A DNA stretch of 64,000 nucleotides from Gekko japonicus (taxonomy: Eukaryota): contig NW_015173138.1 in the NCBI RefSeq assembly GCF_001447785.1, positions 546,176-610,175 of the forward strand, written 5' to 3'. This document shows, in pieces, positions 51,801 to 60,800 of the stretch. Positions within the stretch are counted from its first letter, which is position 1; every line of letters begins with the position of its first letter. Made by a program: the position numbers and the translations under genes. A model generated the notes under the pieces. It was not told where the DNA came from. It searched no databases and saw only the letters and a list, made by a program, of their open reading frames with translations.

Positions 51801-54800
51801 AGCTCAGGAACTCTACTGAAAATATAGAAGCTGTCTAGTTTTTTTAAACCCTTGAGAAATGGCACTTGACGCAAATTAACTTTCAAAAACAGAATAAAGA
51901 TTTTATTAAACAGGCAGGGAATATATGTATAATTGGAATAGGCATGATTTTGAGATTGCTGAGGTAAAAAACATTCTAATACGTGCAGAGTTGAATTCTT
52001 AGAACATTCAAGAGAGTGTATTTGTAGTTTTGTTTCAAGGCTTTCTATTTCTTTCTTTGAGAGGTCCTTTGTTTAGCATAATTCAGCACTCACACAGTTC
52101 TTATTAATGTTTCTAGGTTTATTCCTTCAGAGTTCTAGGTTTTCCTTTAGATATTACAGCTTTTCACTAACTCCTGAGGTATCTAAGCTTCCCCCCATAA
52201 TTCAGCACATAATTCAGCACTAACATAATTCAGCATAATTCAGTGGTAAGCAGTGGGGTACCGCAGGGACCTTTGTTTAGCATAATTCAGCACTCACACA
52301 GTTCTTATTAATGTTTCTAGGTTTATTCCTTCAGAGTTCTAGGTTTTCCTTTAGATATTACAGCTTTTCACTAACTCTTGAGGTATCTAAGCTTCTCCCT
52401 TGTATCACAGACCAGGGTTCTTTTCCCAGCCCCTTTCACAGGCAAGAAGTTATTCTCCTTGTCCCTAAGAAGCAATAACTCTTTTTACTATTTGTCTTGT
52501 ATGGGAGTTCTCTCTAACTACCCAGACCTTCTGGCAAATCCTTCTCCAGTATCCTTTGTCTGTATAGGGCTGTTCTGTAGCTTTCCTGAGAATCTAAAAT
52601 TCTCCCTCAGAGCAGTTTAAATATATCTAAGACAATGGGGTTTCTCTTCTTCTCTCTGCAGAAGTACTTTTCTGACTATTGCCTGTCATAAAATACTGAC
52701 TCCCAAATGTCTCTTCCTTCAGAAGCCAAACCCTCTGGCTGCTGATCCAGACGTTAGAAAGACCAAATTGCAAAAGACTTGTGTAAGAACAAAGATCTCT
52801 TTTCCCTCCGGATCAGCTGTTGTATTTCCTCTCTCAGCTGACGTTGGCCAATCAGAGTGCAAGTAGAGCAGCCAATCACCTAAGCTCTACTCTCCAGGGA
52901 AGATTAATTCTTGAACTCCCTGACACCGATACAAACAGCATCTTAAAAGCCCGCTTTTCTGTGCAGTCTGTCACAGCATCATTATTGGATAGCAGGAATA
53001 CAATCTTCTGTTCTACAGAATATGAGTTTATGACAGATAAAATTCCTGCCAAATTCTCAGCTCAAGCACTGGATATTTAGATCTGATGCACTGATTGATC
53101 ATTCTTTAATTCTAAAATCTAGAGCAGTATGGTGGTATAATTTATTTTATTGAGATTGTTTTAGATGAGTTTATTTGATCAACATTTCCAACCAACATTA
53201 TGTAGCTAAGTTGGCCAACTAATGAAATCATCAACGAGTTTAGCTTTCAGCATCTTCTTAGTTAAATTACATCAACTTTTGGTTTAAAGCTCTGTTGCCC
53301 TCCATACATGCATTTGTAGTGCCTTGAAGCCTAGGCTTGATTATTCCCCCTCCCCCCAGATATTCAGACCTACAGGATTTAGGTGTTTGGGAGCATGTAG
53401 TAGACTTTTATACTTCTCTTCTCTTCTTATTCAGTGAACCAGTTCCTCAGTCTCTTCCATGGTTTGCTTTAATTAAGGTGTAGCATCACAACTCCTAACC
53501 ATGGCAAATTCCTTCATAGCCAGTTTGCAAAACCCAGGTCCCTGCCACACGGCAGGGAAAAGGACGGCTGAACTGCGGCTAATCTGAGCCGCACCAAAGT
53601 TGAGACGCGCGGCGGGACCCCACGGATCCCCCAAGCCGCGGCGCTCCCCGGCACAATCAGATGCCGGGGAGGAAGAGTCAGATGGGAGGGGGAGTCTGCC
53701 GAACTGCGCATGCTCGAGTACGGCCGGGGGCCGGGATGCGCCGGCGCAAGGACGTGCTGGCCGATCCCACAGCCCGGCTTGAGGCGCTCTACTGGAAAGA
53801 ACCACCTAGGTAGGTGGTTCTTTTTTAGTGCGCGTTTTCGGCGGTAGGGACGGATCAGGGACGGGCAGGCAACGATTCCCAGATGTTGCCATGGGATCGC
53901 GCCCATTTGCTCCGCCCCCGTTCCGTCCCCCTCCTGGCCCAAAACGCCTCGTATGAACAGGGCCCCAGTCTCTGGGAACAGGAGGAAATCATGGATAATG
54001 TGAAATGTAATACTGTGCTATGAGTAAAGCTTTGTGTATAAATTTCTTAACAACCGATTTGCCAAATGAATATCCAAAGACCCCATCATTCTAATTCATA
54101 TTTAAATTCCAGGTTTTTTCAGTTGCCATTGATGGCTCTGATGCCCGTGAAGTTTTAAATGTTTCAGTTGACACACCTGAAAATCTAGCTGTGGACTGGA
54201 TTAACAATAAGCTGTACATAGTGGAGACCAGCGTCAATAGAATCGACATGGTCAGTTTAGATGGAACCAATCGTGTAACACTTATTGCAGAAGGTTTGGG
54301 AAACCCTAGAGGAATAGCTGTTGATCCTACAGTTGGGTGAGTAATAACACTGGATAAAACTGAATCCCTTTCATTTACAGCCTGGGTAATAAATGTCATC
54401 TGAGTCTTTCCCTTTGAGATATTGTGCCCATTCAACTTAATGTTTCTGTGTTCATTTCTGCTGATGTTGATCTCCGGAGCAGCGGCACTTGAATTTGGGT
54501 CTGGGCATTTTGGTCAACTCTAGGAGAGAAACATTTGCAACTCCCTAATATCAGTGTAAGCTAAAGGTGTAGTGAGGGTTGGCAGGTAGCTGCTTTGAAC
54601 TTTTTGCAGGCTCAGAGCCAGAGAAAGATGGTTCTGAATCTGAGAACGGAGACAGTGCCTTGCAGTTATGTCTTGGTTCAAGGGTGATCTTAATTTTTAC
54701 AAAGGTTCAGATCCTGGTTCCTACTAATTGGCATGGATACAGAATTGTCAAATGAACTGGAGGTCTTGTTTGATACTTTGCCAGTCATCTAAGTGGCTTT

Positions 54801-57800
54801 GTTGCAGCAGCCTACCTTATGTTAATCATCTCCTCTTGGAATAAATTTGGGGTCTGTTTGCCTTTGGCTGGGGTTTCATTGTATATTAAACCCACTTGTA
54901 TGGGAAAGGCATCAGGTCTGCATGCAACACTGGAGAGATCCGTTGAATGATTTGGGAGATCCATGCACTGAAACTATACATGGGCCCCGGTCAAACGGGC
55001 AGGAAACTGCAGAGGAGAAGCGTGGCTGTTTGCCCTGGGGCAAACTACTGCGCAGTTACGTGATCAGACCTCCTGTGGAGGTCCTGTGGAGGTACCATGG
55101 AGGTTCCATGGCAAGGGAGAGGTGCCGATCACAGGACAAGCCGGCGCACAACTAAGAAGCGCGCGCCGCGGCAAACTGGTTTTTCTGAATATGAGAACGG
55201 AGACAGTGCCTTGCAGTTATGTCTTGGTTCAAGGGTGATCTTAATTTTTACAAAGATTCAGATCCTGGTTCCTACTAATTGGCATGGATACAGAATTGTC
55301 AAATGAACTGGAGGTCTTGTTTGATACTTTGCCAGTCATCTAAGTGGCTTTGTTGCAGCAGCCTACCTTATGTTAATCATCTCCTCTTGGAATAAATTTG
55401 GGGTCTGTTTGCCTTTGGCTGGGGTTTCATTGTATATTAAACCCACTTGTATGGGAAAGGCATGCAACACTGGAGAGATCCTTTGAATGATTTGGGAGAT
55501 CCACGCACTGAAACTATACATGATACGTTATCTTATCCACCCGACTGCTCTCTAGCAACCACCATTTGAAGCACTATATGATTGGGGGCGCAATGCATGA
55601 ATTGCTCTTTCGTCTTCTCTGTGTCTTGGAAATGTCTTCATTGATAAGGTCAGAATAGTTCGTTGGGCATAGCATCAAGGATGGGCAACAGAGCAGATGT
55701 GCAAAAAGTGATGATAACTTCCAAGGTGGACAGAGTGTTTATGTAAGCCTTATAGATATTCCCCATCAAGTTCCCTGCTGGGTGACATTCTAAGTAAGCA
55801 GTTTGTATACTGTTATGTATCTGTAAGTCAAGTTAAAACTGTGCAGGTAGCTAATTTTAAAATACTTAAGAGATGTTGGCTTTAAATGGTGAAACGATTT
55901 GAAAAAAATTATAACTTTTTTTCCTCTTTTATAGTTATTTATTTTTCTCAGATTGGGATAATCTTTCTGGCAATCCTAAAGTGGAAAGAGCCTTCATGGA
56001 TGGAACAAACCGTCTAGACTTGATCAAGACAAAACTAGGCTGGCCCGCTGGGATAACTTTGGATATTGTATCAAAGAGAGTTTACTGGGTGGATAGCCGA
56101 TTTGATTACATTGAAACTGTAACTTACGATGGGTTACAAAGGTGCGAGGAAGAATTCATTTGCACATTTCCCAAGCTGTTTAATTGTTTGCTCAGATTTC
56201 TTAAAAATCCTTTTAAAAACGAGTGCTTCAGTGTGGATTTTCATTTAGTCTTCACAAGACTGTTCTTTAGTGGTAAATGTTTTAAATTCTATTATGAAAT
56301 GCCTGATCTTCACATTTTAATCACTATATCTAGATTATTTCTTACTGTTATTTTATTCATTTGATTTATAGTCTGCCTTTCTCACTGAGACTCAAGGTGG
56401 ATTACATGCTTAAAAAGGACAGTATACTCCAATTAAAAGGCAGATTATGCAATCATTGTTCTATTTACTTGATTCATAGTCTGCCTTTCTTGCCGGGACT
56501 CAAGGCAGATTACAGTTTCTAAAAAAATTGCCAGAAGGACAGTATAGTGTCAGTATAATTACACAATTAAAGACAATGTAATAAGGACACTTTTTAATCC
56601 AATTAAAAATAGTGGAAACAAAGATTATAATATAAAAACATCAAATGATGCAATGGAACTAGGCTGCAGGGTTAAGGACAACACATGCCAGGCAGTGTGA
56701 TTAGGCAGTGACAGTGTCATGGACTACCTAATGTATGGATGCAATAGTGAGTCAGGTTATTAGTGGAAGAACACCTGCTGCGTGTGTCGTTCCATATACT
56801 TACAGAAGGAGGGAATGATATTCTTGTTGCATGCATTTTTGATAGGAAATAGTATCTCTGCCGCAAATACCATGCCCTAAATTGGGTCCACCTCTACGTT
56901 GTTGCTGAGCCTTGGCACCTTGTGTCTGCTTCCTGCGTACTTTTCTGTTTTCATTTGCAGCAGAAAACATCTTCCTTTTAATTGACTGTGATATCTTTGT
57001 TTGGCTTTGTAATCTGTGCTTTTCAAGGCTTTTTAGTGAACCAGGAATGCAAATAGTTGGAATAATCTTTCTTGTTCTAAGATAAAAGCCCTAGAACTTA
57101 TTATGTAGCATTACATCCAGTGAACAGGTTTTATTACTTTTTTAATGGGTTCTCATTTTTCTCTAGTTAGACAAGAAACAACTGCATAGGTAGCTTGTTA
57201 GAATAACACAGGAAAATGTTCTTGTAAGCCTGAAAGTTGATCTGTTAAAATTACGCTTCTTCTGTGAGGTACTCTTGTTTCATTAAGAATGTTATGGTTA
57301 AGACAAGGGTTACAAAATTAAGTTTCCCCCCTCTAACTTAACTAACATCGGCATGTAGTTTGTCCCTCACATAGCCTAGTCCTGTGAACTAAGTTTCACC
57401 ATTCAGTGGATCTTAATTCCTAAGTAAGCATGTTTGAGGTTGCAGACATCTTTAAAATCTCCATTTTCTCCTTGACACCTCTACTTTGTATTACCAAATC
57501 TTTTCTCTCTCTCTTTTCGCTGCTTATGTGATTTTCTTTCTGAGATGGTCAGTATACAAACCATGCAATATAGGGCAGTTAACAAAGTCATTTTATGTGG
57601 TCTTTGGGCTTTCTACCGCTAGGTTTCTTAACTGCATCAGGTTTTCCCATCCCGTATACACAGTATCATTTGCCAGGCATTGTTTTCTTAGGCTCTGGTC
57701 ACACACACTAAATAATCCACTTTCGAATTGGATTTTGCCAGTTCACACAGTAAAAATCCAGTTGGAAACGGCATTGAAAGTGGATGGAAAGTGGATTATT

Positions 57801-60800
57801 TAGTGTGTGTGACTGCAGCCTTAGCTTTTCCTCAAGTTTTCCCAGTGTTGTTTTTTTTGTCTGATGGTCTGAAAGATCATAGGAAGAACTTCAAAAACAA
57901 ACAGGAGAGCAGGGGGGGGCGGTTAGAGGGGGAATGATGCTGTTAAAAAGCTGAACTGCAGCGAAAACCTGGTTCAGAAAAGCTCTCCATCTCAAAGGGA
58001 ACAAGGAGTAGAGATTTTGTGCCCGTAGAACCTCCATTTTCAGTAAAACAGAAAAAAATGTATCTTTTGAACAGGAGAACAATAGTTCATGGAGGATCAC
58101 AGATCCCACATCCCTATGGAATAAGCCTTTTTGAACACAGTGTATATTTTACCGACTGGACAAAGATGGCAGTGATGAAGGCTAATAAATTTGCTGATTC
58201 TAACCCACAAGTTATTTATCAGTCGTCGCTACGTCCATACGGAGTAACAGTTTATCACGCTCTGAGGCAGCCTCTTGGTAAGTCAACTGAGAGAGCCAGT
58301 AGATGTAAACCTCTTTAAACTTGCTGTAGGTGAGATCATGTATTCAACTGTAGGTTTTCCAAAGTTGTGAGCACTATACAATGTGAATGAACAAACATGG
58401 ATTCGGTCCAAACATTCCTTCCCTCCCTCTTGGGAATCTGTACTGTTAAAGCTGTGACACCCATGAGCATTGGGGGAGATCTTTGCACACATTTGCATGT
58501 ACAAGTCCCACTCTTCCTCATGAGATTTTGGCTTGTCTTTGAAAAATATATTAACATTTAAAGAAAAAAAAGGACATTTGTGTCAGTGGTACTCACTCCG
58601 TGACTCCTGAAGACCCACACTCACAATTATCTTCACCCAAAAGAGCCGCATTTACTTCATGAGGCCTGCACCTCAGAGGGGCTTGCAGTTTATTGATTCC
58701 TTCGGCAGTGGCTATTTCAAGATGGGACTACCTGACAACCATAAATACCACAAAGGACATTTGTGTCAGTGGTACTCACTCCGTGACTCCTGAAGACCCA
58801 CATTCACAATTATCTTCACCCAAAAGAGCCACATTTACTTCATGAGGCCTGCACCTCAGGGGGGCTTGCAGCTTACTGATTCCTTCACTAGTGGCTATTT
58901 CAAGGTGGGACTACCTGACAACCATAAATACCACCAGGCAAGGGCCTTCCCCACTTTCCTGAAGTGTGGAATATGAGCCACACAGGTGACATGTCAAAGA
59001 GTTACATGTGGCTCCCAAGCCTTTGAGTGAGTATTGCTTATTTATATTAATTAAGCACATCTACCTTTTTGAAATGTGGCAGCTACTCTTAAAAGTTTTG
59101 AAGCCCTAGTTTTATTTGGATCATATTACTATAATATCAGTGTAATAAAACATAGCCAGGATACAGCCCAAACAAAGCAATTTGAAATCCTGTTGTTTTT
59201 GATGGGAACATGGTTAATTTTCCCATTGAAATCAGTGTGACTTAAAATATACAAATAGGGATTGTAGTTTGAAAACAAAAAATTCATTTTAAACAAGAAG
59301 CCTGTGTGTGTAATGTACAGAGTATCTTTTACTATACTCAGATTATTTTAAGAGAACCCTAGTTTTAGTTGGATCATGTTACTATAATATCAGTGTAATG
59401 AAACATAGCCAGGATACAACCCAAACAAAGTAATTTGAAATCCTGTTGTTTTTGATGGGAACATGGTTAATTTTCCCCTTGAACTCAGTGTGACTTAAAA
59501 TATACAAATAGGGATTGTAGTTTGAAAACAAAAAATTCATTTTAAACAGAAGCCTGTGTGGGTAATGTACAGAGTATTTTTACTATACTCAGATTATTTT
59601 AAGAGAAGAATGGTTTTAATCTAGAAACAAAAGGAATACAATAGAGTGTAAACTTTTTGATTTCTCTAGAATTCCTCATCAAGCTGGATGTTAAAAAAAT
59701 GGTGGAGGAGAGATAGAAACAGATGATTCAGGCCATGATGCTACTTGTCTGTGACTTATGTGTGGTATGCTGCAGGCTTGGTTAGAAAAGTGCTATCAAT
59801 GGTGTCTAGGGGTGTGTGTGTGTGCTGTGTATATACTGAGTCGAATAAATACTTCATAAAACCTTATTGGTTGTTTTTTTTGTATTTATTCAGTCGAATA
59901 CATATTAGACAATCTGATTTGACTACCAAAATAGCCACGCCAGGCAGTCTCTTTAAATGCCTTCTGAGTTTACTCCTGGAGTTTAAAGTTTAAATGCCTT
60001 CAGTTCACTCACCAAGTCATGCTGCAGCAGTGAGATGACTCAGTGAGTGAAATTCTACATTATACCCTATGGCAACAGTCTATACCCTATGGGGACCCCA
60101 TTTATTCAGCTCCATTATACCCTATGGGGACAGTCCCCATGGGGCATAATGGAGCTGAATAAATTCAGGTTTCCCGAATATTTACCTGAATACCAACACA
60201 AAAATGGTTATTTGGGAATATTTGGGAATACTGATATTTTTCGGGTCCAATAAACCCGAATCAGGAAAAGCTATTTTTTGTTAACACCCCTTGTTGTACC
60301 ATAGCCTTCAGGGATGAAGGAGATAATGGCAGCATCCATTGCTGAAAATATGAAAATCAGTAGATGATCAAAAGTTTTTCTAGAATCGCATGAAACACAT
60401 AGGTCACCTAAAAGGCTGAGAGCATTCTTGTAACTTGCTACCAGCTCCAATCTAGCACAGACTAATCTGTTTCTGCCTGTACCTCATTCTGCACAAGGCG
60501 GGGACAAGAAACTTTAATGTTGTATCCTTAAACATTGCTCTCCTTCCCCCTGCCCTTTTTATTATAACACCCAGCTTGATGAAGAGCTCTGCAGAAGTCG
60601 AAAGCCAACACACTAATTCTGTGATATTTTGATCCTAGTAAAAGGTATTACAGATATTTTTGTTTGGAGATGTGTATTTGGATTGTTGCTGCTACCTATG
60701 TTCTGAATCAAGTAGTTTTAATGGTAGTTGAAAAATAGTGTTTTCTAGGCATCATTCTGTATCCAGCGGGAGTAGAGTCAAGTGGCCCTTGGATCTGTTT

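Noticed and set aside
52196-52243. CRISPR-like short repeats
   Set aside because: Eukaryotic intron, 10-12-nt units without unique spacers, no cas genes.
53473-53942. GC-rich region with overlapping ORFs as a CpG-island promoter or nested gene
   Set aside because: Bounded by TIRs and a 3-bp TSD and homologous to 28706-29090; it is a MITE.
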